A stretch of 64,000 bases of DNA from Paraspadella gotoi (Eukaryota; Animalia; Chaetognatha), in assembly GCA_051294375.1 (NCBI GenBank), contig CM119270.1:5154152-5218151 (forward strand). The letters are read 5' to 3'. Positions within the stretch are counted from its first letter, which is position 1; each line of letters begins with the position of its first letter. Both the position numbers and the translations under genes were made by a program. Of this stretch, positions 41,693-54,705 are shown one piece after another. The notes below the pieces were generated by a model. That model saw nothing but the letters and a program-made list of their open reading frames with translations, made no database searches and was not told the origin of the DNA.

Positions 41693-42415
41693 TTAGGCCA
41701 ATAAATTCTTGTCTAAATTACTTTGGTATGGTACTATGGTATTCTATGCTATACTATACTATACTATATTACTACTGGTATACTAAATTATGGTAGATTT
41801 GAGATTTATAATAAAAAATAGTTATATAAAAAGAATTAATTTTTTTTAAATAGCGATAAACTGTGACAAACAAAGACGCAAAATGACACAATGAGATAAT
41901 TAGGCATTAAATTGACATACAAGACTTTAAACCGGCATAATGTAAATGAACGAAAAAGACTTAGTAATCGTAGTAATAGTATAGCACACAAATAGAAATA
42001 TGCAGAAAGTAGAACTCACATATATGGTGTAAAAATTGTATGATGTAAAAACTAGACATATTAAATTGAGTTAGCTCGGAAGTTTACATTTGAATAAAAC
42101 ATTTAATGGTAAAAATTCGGAACAAGATTTTACCATTGTAATTAGGAATTTTTTTGATTTATTTAAAACTCTAACTAAAGTTTCGTTGCCAAAAAATAAA
42201 TTAATTTCCTTTTTCTTTGAACGAAAGAAAGAAAGAAAAAAGAAAAAAACGTCTAAAATCTCGGTTTTTGGATTTTTTCGAAATTCATTTCCGAAAATCT
42301 TTTGAGAAGGAAAATCCCGTGAGGAATTTAAGAAAATCGAACTCTTTCTATTTTCCTTTTTTGCGCAAAATGAAACAACGCACTTTACGCTTTTCTCAGT
42401 AATCAATATCTTGCA

Positions 42416-42448
<33 letters not shown>

Positions 42449-42915
42449 TTTTTCTTTTTTTCTTTCTTTCCCTGCCTCCCTTTGTATGTGTTGCAATATT
42501 CAGCAGTCTCTCTCTGTCTCTCTGTCTCTCTGTCTCTCTGTCTCTCTGTCTCTCTGTCTCTCTGTCTCTCTCTCTCTCTCTTTCTCTCTCTCTATCAGCT
42601 GGGAAGGGCATCCAACCCTAAAAAAATGACGAGAGGGGAAAGCGATCCATAAAAAGAATTTTAGAGCCCCGACATTCGGCCAATCTCCGAGGGTAAGGCA
42701 GAGACGAGTAAGGTCAAGGTTGGGTTAAGTCCGGGTCAGAGGTCACCTGCCGCCTTTCGGCCCTTTCCTCTCTGCATCTCACTCGCACGAAATAATCTAC
42801 ATTCGGAATAAATAACTTAGTAGGTAGAGTAGTAGATCCAAAAAGAGAAGAAAAAAAATTGTAATAAATTCTTTTTAAATATTCTGTCTGATATAAGTTG
42901 GCGACTGAGAGAAGC

Positions 42916-42952
<37 letters not shown>

Positions 42953-42959
42953 AGAGAAA

Positions 42960-42990
<31 letters not shown>

Positions 42991-43588
42991 TTCGACTTTT
43001 GTAACCAAATCTCGACTTGAATCGACGTCAGCATATTAATATTAATATTACTTTCGTTATACATTTTTTTTAAGTCAAAACCAAATTTTGGCGGCAGATT
43101 TTTTTGTTGTTTAGTTTTCTTTTCCCTCAAAAATATTCTCGTTATTTTGACTGAAGTTCGTTTCTTTTTCGAATTCGAGATCCGCGACAGTCATGGATCA
43201 AAAAAAACACCACGTGGCGGGTTCGGTTTTAATCAAGAGTTCAGAGTTTAAGATTCGTCGAGCTAATATTCATTTTTTTCACCAGAAATTTCCCTAACTG
43301 AATCTAATGAAGGAAACACTGACCACGAGGTTTTTTTATAATATTGAGAATCATTTTATTATCATCAGATATTTATTAAAAATATATTTCCGAAAAAATT
43401 AAAATTCGGTCAAAAAATTTGAAAAAAAAACATTTTTTAGTGGTTTTTCTTTGACGGTGTAACGACTCTTTAATAAGGCACGGTATGGTTATTATATAAT
43501 TTAAGTTAACTTTAATTTAAGAAAAAAGAATTAATGCAGCCAGATTAAGACAGATAAAAAACTTCGGACGTCCGTATTAGTTGGACGA

Positions 43589-44687
43589 TTTATTAATAGA
43601 AGTACAGCAGCCGTGTACATTTTAAGGGAAGACGAAAATAAAAGAGAAAAGGGGAAAAATCTATGTACAACATGTCTTGCTGTACAACGTTAAAAAATTA
43701 CTGTGACTATGTAAACAAAGGTGCTTTTGTTAAAGAGTCTTTTTTTTCGTAAAAAAAAAATATTTATTCCGTGATTGATTATCTTAATTATAACTTTCGC
43801 AATTGCGATGATTAATTTGGGCTTAAAATTTATGGCGAAAACGAAAAACTTGGGAAAATGTGAGTCAAAATTTGTGAGTCAAAGACTCGAAAAAGTTTAT
43901 CTCGATCTTAAGACAAGACTGTGATTTTCTCAAGTCTCGATTTCACCAAAGGTGCCGAATATTAAAGCGTTCTCAAAAAATAGTACAAAATATGCATTTT
44001 TTTAATTTAAGAAAAAAGCGGTAAGTTTAAAAAAAAACCACACACTTCAAACAAAAAAAAGATAAATACATGCAAATTGGATTTTTGTTTATTTTTTTTT
44101 TCAGTATTTTGGGATACATTTTCAAATAAATAAGTAGCTAGTCTTACTAATTTTCTACTAAAAAAAAGAAATCAAAACACACCACATAAATAGTTAATGA
44201 TAAGAAAAAAAAAGCAATTTTTAAACATGAAGCGTTTAAAAAAAAATATAAACTGGGCTTCTATTCTGCTTTGATCTCGAGAATGAAAGAAAACCTTTGG
44301 AAAGAGTAAGTTAGAACGGCCACTGGTCGGAAAAGAGGGAGTATACCAGCTACGGGTAAATTAGGAATGAGATAAAAGTGTAAGTCTTATATGGATAACA
44401 TTAATAATTTAAAAAAAAGCATGGCCGCGCCTTTTGAGATTTTTTTGGTCAACCCTCTACTTTTGTTTCTCCCCCTCTCCGCTTTAATTTTTTGTATCGT
44501 TAAGGGGACGGGGAGAGAAATAAATTAAGGGTACGAAAAGGTTTTGGTTCACAGTCGAGAGAAGTAGCTTACAAAAGGGTTTTTCGTAAATATAGTAATA
44601 AAAAAATGAATAAAAAATATCTCTTAATCCGGTGCATCAGTTTTTATAACGAAAAAATAAATTACAAACTATGAGAGAGAATATGAG

Positions 44688-44741
<54 letters not shown>

Positions 44742-45393
44742 TTGCAACATGGGATAAGAGAGATGATTTGACATGATCATTAATTGGTTCGAATCAATTA
44801 AAGCGAAGAAATAATTGAAAAAAAAAACTGGAATTGATTGAAAATAAATGTACAGAAATATCACAATTTCATTTTTTTTTGTGTGTCGTTTTTTTTCGGA
44901 GTTTTGTACATACATTTCAAAAAACAAATGTACAATTAAATTTAATTCATTTTTTTCGTAAAAAAAAGCGACATTCGATTTTTAGGTAACGTTTTTGTTT
45001 TTTTATACAAATAAAAATCTATTTTACCGATAAAAGTTGTGTCTTTACCTAAAAGACACATAGTAAGAGAAAATAAAAGATACTGGCTTAATAGTCGAAA
45101 AATTCAGCCTCGCCTAATGACATAACATAGACCTCTACAAATTGCATTCAGTCGGGTGGAACTCATCGAAATCGATTGTACCTCGACATCCTTGATTGGC
45201 GAATGATTGTAGCGGCCGATCGGCTGAATCAGTGAGTACCAAAGAATAAAAAAATTTAGAAACAAAAAAAAAAAAAAAAAATTCAAGAAAAAAAAAATTC
45301 ATTTTAGAAGTAACTACTTTAAACCATATAGAATAATTAATAATTAATATATAACTGACGAAAATTAAATTTTTTTTTCAAAAAAACGGTTTA
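43589..45393 (-). promoter_or_regulatory. Putative long AU-rich 3'UTR of the Tis11-like gene
   Basis: Minus-strand UAUUUAU at 44062-44068 and 44186-44192, nonamer UUAUUUAUU at 44125-44133, Pumilio element UGUACAUA at 43662-43669, and AAUAAA candidates at 43763-43768 and 43589-43594. The 3' end is not determined. Confidence 0.5.
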
Positions 45394-47052
45394 TTAGTTT
45401 GTCAACTGATTGAATATTGGCAACCGCGGCCCGTTTGTTTCTCTTGGTTGGACGCCGTAGTCTATTGAGTCCAAAGAGTCGAGCGACTCCGGCGGCGAAG
45501 GCGGACATTCGGAGGAGGAGGCGGACATTGCGGCGTCGAGGGCGAATCCCGGCGGGGGCGAAGGCGAGCCCGCCGACGAACCGCTCGAGCTTCTCCCGCT
45601 GCCGGATGGATTCTGCTGCGGCGGCTGAGGCAGCTGCTGACCGTGATGCAAGTTAATGGTGTTGACGATGGCTTCGAGGGTGGAGTTGGGGAGCGGCGGC
45701 AGTGGGAATTGCTGTTGTTGCTGTTGAATCTCCTGTCGCTGCTTCTGAATGACGGTCTGATTGAGGGCGAGGACTGCTTGAAGGAGGCTTTCGGAATTCT
45801 CTCCTGTCGCCAACTGGGCGAGCAGCGAGGACATGGAGAGTTGTTGCGTCAAAGACTGGGGAACTTGCTGCGTCTGAGGTTGCTGCTCTGGCGGCTTGCT
45901 GATGCTGAGGGCAGCTTGGAGCAACGCTGCCAACTCTACGATGTTGCTAAAGGGTTGCTGGGTCGCCGTCTTTTGTTGCTGGAGTGGTTGTGGTTGCGGT
46001 TTCTGGGGCGGTTGGTATTGATGCTGATGATGATGGAGAAGATGCTGCTGCTGTTGAGGCATCGGAGGAACCGCGGGAAAGTTGAAGACGCTGTGATTTT
46101 GCGGGTAGATGTTGTTGTTGTTGTTGTGATTGTTGTTATTGTTGTTGTTGCGAATGTTGTTGTTGTTGTTGTTGTTGTTGTGACAGAGTCCGATTGACGG
46201 GGAGAAGGGAGTGTTGGGAAGACTTCCGAAGACGTCCTCCGAGACGAAGGACGCGGGCGAGAGGGAGACGGGCGACCCGCTCGCGGACCCAGAGTGAGAC
46301 GACGAGTCAGACATCGAAGACGACGCCGGCGGAAACCCCAGCGTCAGAGGCGGCGGCGGCGCGGCCACGCTGAACGACGCCGGCGGAGGCGGCTGTCGCG
46401 TCGGCATCGGCGGCGGAGGCGGCGCCGGAGCTGACGTGGGAACGGCGGATCGCGGCGCCAGCGTCGGCGATCGCGGGACTTGCTGCTGCTGTTGCTGTTG
46501 CTGCGGAGGCTGGGGCGGTGCTGCGGACGAGGAAGTCGTCGAAGCGGACGCCGACGACGGCGCCGGTCCTCGTCTCTCCTCGGCGTTGTGGATGAAGTGG
46601 CACCGAGGTCCGTATGGGCAGAACCCGGACGTGTGGAAAGTGCGGCAGAGTTCCGTCTTGTACTTGGGATGTCTGCTCAGGTTTCGCAGCTCGTTGTGTC
46701 CGTGGGCGAACTGGCACTTGTCTCCGTACTTGCAGGTGCCCGTCTCCTCGAACGGGCGGCACAGCTCCGTCTTGTAATGTGTGGAGATGGAGGAGGACTT
46801 GGAGGAGGCGGAGTCGCTCGAGTCTGTCGTCGAGGAGGAAGAGCAGGAGGAGATCGTCTTCGTCGGCGACGGCGGAGTCGACGACCCGCTCGAGGAGGAC
46901 GACGACGAGGAGGAAGAGTTTCTTCGCTGAAGGCCGCCGCCGGAGAGGCTACCCGCGCCGGGAAGGCTCAAGGGCGCCGGAAGTTGGTGGTGAGCGGCGC
47001 CGATGGGCGAAGCCGGCATCCGGAAATTTTGAGAGCGGGTGGAAGGCATGTT
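45394..47052 (-). CDS. Tis11: Exon 2 of a Tis11/ZFP36L-like (tristetraprolin family) ARE-binding mRNA decay factor
   Basis: 551-aa ORF with tandem CCCH fingers [26 protein letters not shown]...[26 protein letters not shown] (C-x8-C-x5-C-x3-H twice, 18-aa linker) and a C-terminal RLPIFNQL motif. Acceptor ctcaacag|AAC ATG at 47054-47053 on the minus strand; stop TAA at 45394-45396. Confidence 0.96.
   Translation of the reverse strand, partial: NMPSTRSQNFRMPASPIGAAHHQLPAPLSLPGAGSLSGGGLQRRNSSSSSSSSSSGSSTPPSPTKTISSCSSSSTTDSSDSASSKSSSISTHYKTELCRPFEETGTCKYGDKCQFAHGHNELRNLSRHPKYKTELCRTFHTSGFCPYGPRCHFIHNAEERRGPAPSSASASTTSSSAAPPQPPQQQQQQQQVPRSPTLAPRSAVPTSAPAPPPPPMPTRQPPPPASFSVAAPPPPLTLGFPPASSSMSDSSSHSGSASGSPVSLSPASFVSEDVFGSLPNTPFSPSIGLCHNNNNNNNNIRNNNNNNNHNNNNNIYPQNHSVFNFPAVPPMPQQQQHLLHHHQHQYQPPQKPQPQPLQQQKTATQQPFSNIVELAALLQAALSISKPPEQQPQTQQVPQSLTQQLSMSSLLAQLATGENSESLLQAVLALNQTVIQKQRQEIQQQQQQFPLPPLPNSTLEAIVNTINLHHGQQLPQPPQQNPSGSGRSSSGSSAGSPSPPPGFALDAAMSASSSECPPSPPESLDSLDSIDYGVQPRETNGPRLPIFNQLTN
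46588..46779 (-). other. Tandem CCCH zinc-finger (TZF) RNA-binding domain
   Basis: Two YKTELC-led CCCH fingers with the spacing diagnostic of the TTP family. Confidence 0.95.
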
Positions 47053-47436
47053 CTGTTGAGGGTTGGGAAGGAAGATATGAGAATTTAGGGGGGTTTTTTT
47101 TTCGATTCATCAGATTCATTGATATTCAGAAGTGGATTCATTTTTGGCTCGATTTTGAGAAAGAATTGAGTACATTTAGCTTAAGTTTAGTTTTAAAGTA
47201 CAGCTTTTCTATTTCAAACCTTTTCAAACTCGAGAAAAATTTAAAAGTTTTCCTTGCTAACCCAACTAAAATTTAACCCCTAAAAAAGCACATTGAACCA
47301 AGGATTTTAAAATGTTTTAACCAATTTTAGACCGTCTTTTGTCAAACGACCCCGATTTTTTTTTTTTTTTAAAAAGCAACTTAACGAAAAATTCCCGCCC
47401 AAATTTTTGTTGACAAAGACCGAAGTTGGAACTTAC
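47053..47436 (-). other. 384-bp phase-0 GT-AG intron of the Tis11-like gene
   Basis: Canonical GTAAGT donor; pyrimidine-rich tract (cttccttcccaaccctcaacag) before the acceptor; AT-rich body. Confidence 0.85.
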
Positions 47437-47487
47437 CATGAAAACCGAAGATTGGATGCAATAGTTGTTGTTCTGAGATGAGACCAT
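47437..47487 (-). CDS. Tis11: Coding exon 1 of the Tis11/ZFP36L-like gene (MVSSQNNNYCIQSSVFM)
   Basis: Minus strand reads GTCACCATGG (strong Kozak context) at 47487, then 17 codons, then ATG|GTAAGT donor at 47436. Phase 0 joins in frame to exon 2. A short first coding exon plus one intron matches the vertebrate ZFP36 gene layout. Confidence 0.85.
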
Positions 47488-47859
47488 GGTGACTCGAAGC
47501 GGAAGGGGGCGTGGCGGGTTGGACAAAACGAACGATCTTTAAGAAAAGTTTGTTTTTTTTTTTTTTGCTCGAATTTGTGTCGAATCGATAAAGAATTTTT
47601 TTCACTTCTTGTCCTCGGAAGTAATTCGCTCTGAGAGAGAGAGACTTGTGGCGGTTGAGAAAGAGAGGGAAATCGAACGATCGAGAAAGACAGAGTGCGA
47701 GACACACACTCAAGGGAGAGAAGAGAGAGAGTGGGAGACAGACTCGGTAATCAAGTCTTTTTTTTTCTGTGCTTCTCTCTCTTTCCGGGGAATTCGGAGA
47801 GGGAAAAAGAGATAGAGAGAGAGAGTGCAGCTCGATCGAGGAAGAACGACAGAGAGCGA

Positions 47860-48560
<701 letters not shown>

Positions 48561-49175
48561 TTCGAGGCGGAGAGAGAGAGAGGATGATGAGAGGGAGAGG
48601 AGGGAGAGGAGGAAGAGAACGAGAGAGAGAGAGGGCCGACCGACCTCGCTATCCATCGGCAATTTCTTGCTTCTTTTCGTTTTTCGATTTCCCGCTCGGG
48701 ATAGTATTTTCCGCTTCTCAAATTGGGTCTGGGGGTATTGCATCGGCAGCGGGCTTGTTTCTGAACTTCCTTCATTTCGCTTTCTTCCGTGGACATCCGG
48801 CCTACGAGAATATTGAATTGGGTGCGAATGCTGCACAGGGGAGAGACAAGGGGGGGGCCTGACCCCGGTTGGTTCCAGTAGAAGTTTACCTGATTGAGAG
48901 GTTCGGAAGCTGGGAACGCGGGCTGGACGACGAGAGGGGACAGTGAGGGCGGAGAGACGAGGCGAAGAGATGTATAGACGATGGGGGTGGCGAGTCTGAT
49001 CCCGGAGACGCGAGGCCGCTGCGATCGTAGGAGGCGGCAACGATGACGGTCGGATGGTGATAATTGAGCGGAGAATAGAGTGGATAAATATGCAATATTG
49101 TGGGATTGAGGGAGAAAAGTGGGAAAACAAAGAATGGGGGGAAAGAGGGGGCGGGGCGGGGAGAGAGAGAGAAGA

Positions 49176-49214
<39 letters not shown>

Positions 49215-49255
49215 GAGAGAGAGAGAAGGAGAGAGAGAGAGAGAGAGCAGAGCAT

Positions 49256-52200
49256 TTCCGACTCTTTTTGTAACCAAAATCCTCTTCTTCGACTTGAATC
49301 GACGTCAGCATATTAATTATTAAATTACCCTTTTCGTTATATTCCCATTTTTTTTACAGCACAAACCCAAATATTTTGGCAGGCCAGATCTTTTTGTTGA
49401 TCTAGTTTTCTCTTTCCCCTTCAAAAATATTCAAGCTCGTTATTTTGACTGCAAGGTTCGTTTCTTTATCGCAACGTCGAGATCTCCGCGCGACCAGTCC
49501 ATCGGATACAAATAAAAACGACCCCACGTGGCGGTTCGTTTTACTCACTCAATCAAGAGTCTTCAGAGTTTAAGATTCGTCGAGCTATATTATTTTTTCA
49601 CCCAGAATTTCCCCTAAGCCGAATCTAATGAAAGGAAACACTGACCGACGAGGTTTTTTTTATCATATTTGAGAATCATTTATATTATACACAGAAATTT
49701 ATTAAAAATATATAATTTTCCGAAAAAATTTAAATTCGGTTCAAAAAAATTTGAAAAGAGAAAAAACATTTTTTAGTGGTCTTTCTTTGACGGTGTAAGG
49801 AACTTCTTTATAAGAATGGCACGGTATGGTCGTATATATAATTTCACACGTTTAAAGCTTTAATTGTATAGAAAAAAAGGCAGAGAGACAGGCCAGAATT
49901 ATAGAGACATGGAGTACACAAAAAGTGTGGGACGCCCGTAAATTAAGTCTGGAACCCGGATCTTTTAATAGAAGTACCAGCCAGCCCGTTACCATTTTAG
50001 GGAAGCACGAAAAATAAAAGGAGAGAAGGGTGAAAAATCTATGTAACAACATGTCTTGCTGTACATCACGTTAAAAAAAATTACTGTGACTAGTGTAAAC
50101 AAAGGTGCTTTTGTTAAAGGTCCTTTTCGTAAAAAAAAAAATTTATTCCGTGATTGATTGTATCTTAAGTATAACTTTCGGAATTGGATGATTAACCGTT
50201 AGTGGGGCTCTAAAATTTATTAATGGCGAAAAACGAAAAACTTTGGAAAGATGTTGAGCTCAAAGAGTTGTGAGAGTCCCAAAAGGAATCGAAACAAGTT
50301 TTATACTCGATCTAAGAGGACATACAGATCGTGTTTCTCCATGTTCCGATTCTCACCCAAAGGGTGCCGGGAATATAAAGCGCCAAAATATAGCTACCCC
50401 ACTAATATGTGACACGAATTGTATTAATTTAAGGAAAAACGGTAAGTTTAAAAAAAAACCAACAAACCTTCAACAAAAAAAAAAAGATAATAGAGAAATG
50501 CAAATTGGAATGGTGTTTATTGTTTTTTGTACAGTGAATTTGGGAATAGCATTCAAATGTAAATAAAGTTAGCATAGTCTCTTGACTAATTTATCTACTA
50601 GAAAGTAAAATAGAGAAGGAATGCAAAAGGAACACCATGAGGGCGTAAGCACCGACAATAAAATAAGCTAAATAGATACGAAGAAAAAAAAAGAGCAAAT
50701 TGTGTTAGACGACGAAATGGAAGCGTGTTAAAAACAAAATATAGAGATAACACAGGGCTTCTAATTCTGCCTTTGATCTCGAGCAATCGACAGAGAGGAC
50801 CAAAAAACGCCTATTGAAAGAGTAAAAATTGAGAAAACTGCGCCTCACCCTTGCCGGAACAGAGGAGGAGTATACACCCCACTATCGGGTAAATTAGGTG
50901 CGAAGATAAACAGGGAGTAGTAGAGCGAAATCTTATATGGATACGAACCTATTATAGATGAGAGGTGATAGGAGAGAGAATAGAGGAAGAGGCGATGGAA
51001 GTGAGAGGCGTGCGCCGCGCCTCCCTTGTGTGGGAGGCACTTATTTGTGTGGGTCCAACCCCTCTGGAATCTTCCGTATGTTTCAATAACCGCCTCCTGC
51101 GCTCCTGAGATGATTTTTGTGTGTATCGTTAAAAGGGAGCGGGGAGAAGAAATTGTGAAGTTAAGGCGGTTGAACGTGAGAAGAAAGTTTTGATGGGTTC
51201 AAGACAGGAACGGACAGAGGAAAGGGCTAGCCGTTACCAAGGGTGGTGTTAATGTCCGTAAGGAGACTCATATAGTAATAAAATGGATAAATAAGATAGT
51301 CTCTTGAGAGATCGCCAGGTGCACCGTCCAGTGTTTTATAACCGAATAAGAGAAGAGTAAAATGAATAACCACACTAATGAGTAGAGAAATATGACATGA
51401 GATATGAGAAGAGGAAGACGAGAGAGAGAGAGAGAGAGACAGAAGAAGAAGAGAGAGAGAGAGAGAGAGAGAAGAGAGAGAGAGCAGAGAAGTTGAGCAA
51501 CATGGGATAGAGAGAATGAATTTGACATGATCTTAATTGGATGCCTTTAATCCACATATATAATGACCGAAGAAATATATTGTGTATTATACCAAGACAG
51601 AAAACTCAAGCCCCTGGGAATGTGAATTGAAAATAATGTACAGAATATCGCGAACTCTAAATTCATTTCGTGTTTTTGGGGATTGGGGAGTTAGGGTTGG
51701 GAGGTGAGTATGGGCGATTTTTTGATTCCCAGGGAAAGTTTGGGAGGAGTACCCAAGAGAGATACATTGTAGCCAAAAAACCAAATGTGACAAATGTAGA
51801 AAGAAGTTAGAGTATGATCACTGTGTTGATCAGTTCAGGGGAGCAGAAGAGATAATACGAAAAAAAGGCCAAACATATTTCCCCGCCGAATGTTTAGGTG
51901 TAAATCAGGGATTTGTAGAAGGTGATAAGGATTTGTTTGGATTATACGAAGATAAAAAAATCTAATTTTAACGAGTAAAAGGTTGTGTCTTTATAAAGAA
52001 GCCACATAGTAAGGGAGAAGAAGAAAGATACTGGGCTATCAACAAAGGAAATATAACAGCCCATCGCCTAAATGACAAAGCATAACCTCTAACAAATGGT
52101 GCATTCAGTCGGAGGGAAACATCGAAATCGATGTACCTCGACATCCTGATTGCGATGATTGTGCGGCCGATCGGTCTGAATCAAGTGAGTACCAAAGAAT

Positions 52201-54705
52201 AAAAAAATTAGAAAAAAAAAAAAAAAAAAAAAATTCAAGAAAAAAAAATTCATTTTAGAAGTAGGACTACCTTAAACCAATAGAATAATTAATAATTAAT
52301 ATATAACTGACGAAAAATTAATTTTTTTCAAAAAAATACGGTTTATTTAGTTTTCAACTGATTGAATATATGGCAAAACGCTGGCAACCCGTTTGTTTCT
52401 TTGTTGGACGCCGTAATCTATTGAGTCCAAAGAGTCGAGCGACTCGGCGCAGAGGCGACATTCGAGGAGCGGCGGACATTGCGGCGTCGAGGGACATCCC
52501 GGCGGGGGCGATAGGCGAGAGCCGCGCACCGAACCGCTCCGAGCTTCTCCCTGCTGCCGGATGGATATCTGCAGCGGCGGCGAGGAGCTGCTGACCGTGA
52601 TGCAACGTAATGTGTCGTTGACGATGGCTTCGAGGTGGAGTTGGGAGCGGCGGCCAGTGGGAATGCTGTTGTTGCTGGTTGCAATCTCTGTGCTGCGTTC
52701 TGAATGACGTCTGAATGAGGGCGAGGAACTGCTTGAAGAGGCTATTCGGTAATTCTCTCCTGTCCAACTGGGCGAGCAGCGAGACATGGAGAGTTGTTGC
52801 GTCAAAGACTGGGAACTGCTGCGTCTAGGTTGCTGCTTCTGGCGCTTGCTGAATGGCTGAGGCAAGCCCTTGGCATCAACGCTGCCAACCTTAGCGATGT
52901 TGCTAAAAGGGTTTGCTGGGTCCCGGCGTCTTTGTTCTGGAAGTGGTGTGAGTTGCGTTTCTGGGCGTTGGTAATTGTGGCATGATGATGATAGGAAGAA
53001 GAGCTCATAGCTGTTGAGGCATGCGGAGGAACCGGCGGGAAAGTTGGAAGACGAATCGCTGTGATTTGGCGGTAATGTTTTTGCTTGTGTTGTATGTCTT
53101 GTTATTGTTGTTTTTGCGAATTGTTGTTGTTGTTTGTTGTTTGTTCAGTGACAGATCCCGATGCCGGGGAGAAGGGAGTGTGGGAACCTCCCGAAGACGT
53201 CCTCCGAGACGAAGACCGCGGGCCAGAGGAACGGGCGACCCGCTCCGGCGACACCAGAAGTGAAGACCGAGTCAGACATCGAAGACGAAGCGGGCGGAAC
53301 ACACCCAGCGTCAGAGGCGGCAGGCGGCGGCGCCACCTAACGACGCCGGCGGAGGCGCTGTCGCCGTCGGCATCGCGGCGAGGCGGGCGCCGGACTGACG
53401 TGCGAACGGCGATCGCGCGCGCGCCAGCGTCGCGATCGCGGACTGCTGCGCTGGCTTGTTGCTTGTCGCTGGCGGGTGGCGGCTTGCGGACGAGGAATGT
53501 TCGTCGAGCAGCCGGTCACGACGAGGCGCCCGCTCTCCTCGTCTCTCTCGGCGTTGTGGGATGAAGTGGCCATCGGGAGGATCCGTTGGCGCAGAACGCG
53601 ACGTGTGGAAAGTGCGGCAGAGTTCCGTCTTGTACTTGGTATGTCCTCAGGTTTTCGCAGCTCGTTCGTGTCCCTGGGCGAACTGGCACTTTGCTCCGGT
53701 ACTTGCCAGTGCCGTCTCCCTCCGAACGGGGCCGGCACAGCTCCGTCCTTGTAATGTGTGGAGATGGAGGAGCCTGACTCTGGAGGATGGCGGAATCGCC
53801 TCTGAGTCTGTCCGTCGAGGAGAAATGCAGAGAGAGATCGTCTTCGTCGGGACGCGGAGTCGTACGACCCCGCTCGAGGAGGGACGACGACGAGGAGGAA
53901 TAGAGTTTCTTTCGCTGAAGGCCGCGCCAGAGAGGCTTACCCGCAGAGACGAAGGCCAAGGGCGCCGGAAGTTGTTGGTGAGCGCGCGCGATGGCGAGCC
54001 GGCATCCGGAAAATTGAGAGGGTGGAAGGCATTAGTTCTAGTTGAGGGTTGGGAAGGAAGTATGAGAAAATTTAGGGAGGTTTTTGTTACGAATCCATCA
54101 CGAATTCATGAGTATTCAAGAAGTGGAATTTCATATTTTTGAGACTCGAATTTTTGAGAAAAAGATTGAGTACATTTAGCTTAAGTAGTTTAAACGTATT
54201 TAAAAAGAAAGCTTTCTATCAACACCTTTTTCAAAGCCGAGAAAAATTTAAAAGTTTTCCTATGCTAACATCATACTAAAAAATTAACCTCCTAAAAAAG
54301 ACATTGAAACAAGGATTTAAAATGTTTTAAACCAAATTTTAGACCGTCTTTGATCAAACGACCACCGTTTTTTATTAAATTTTTAAAAAGCAACTTAACG
54401 AAAAATTCTCGCCACAAATTTTGTTGAGACAAAGACACCGAAGTTGAATTACCAATAAAACCGAAGATGAAGATTCAATAGTTGTTGTTCTGAATGAGAC
54501 CAATGTGACTCGAAAGCGGAAAGGGGCTGGCGGGTTGGACAAAAACGAACGATCTTTAATAAAAAGTTTTTTTTTTTTTTGCTCGAATGTGTCGAATCGA
54601 TAAAGAGATTTTTTCATCTTCTTGTCCTCGAAGTAATAATCGCTCTGAGAGTAGAAGAATCTGTAGGCGGTTGAGAAAGAGAGGGAAACGAAACGAATAG
54701 AAAAG
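49256..54705 (+). repeat. Direct, insertion-rich copy of about 42990-47690
   Basis: Shared anchors such as gacttgaatcgacgtcagcatatt (about 43014 and 49291) and ggcggttgagaaagagaggg (about 47650 and 54666). About 5.45 kb versus 4.7 kb; starts after a (GA)n tract and ends at a 25-N gap. Confidence 0.92.
52347..54510 (-). pseudogene. Frameshifted second copy of the Tis11-like gene with its intron (probably an unpolished long-read artefact, not a true pseudogene)
   Basis: Colinear with 45394-47487. In-frame remnants such as [14 protein letters not shown] and [10 protein letters not shown] survive, but small indels occur every few bases and the exon-1 ATG is corrupted. Confidence 0.6.

Noticed and set aside
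43861-43881. Tandem AP-1 sites (TGAGTCA twice)
   Set aside because: Short motifs inside the probable 3'UTR; insufficient evidence on their own.
45417-47276. + strand ORFs (184, 202, 220 aa) and an alternate-frame minus ORF overlapping Tis11
   Set aside because: Shadow ORFs of a GC-rich coding exon; no independent features.
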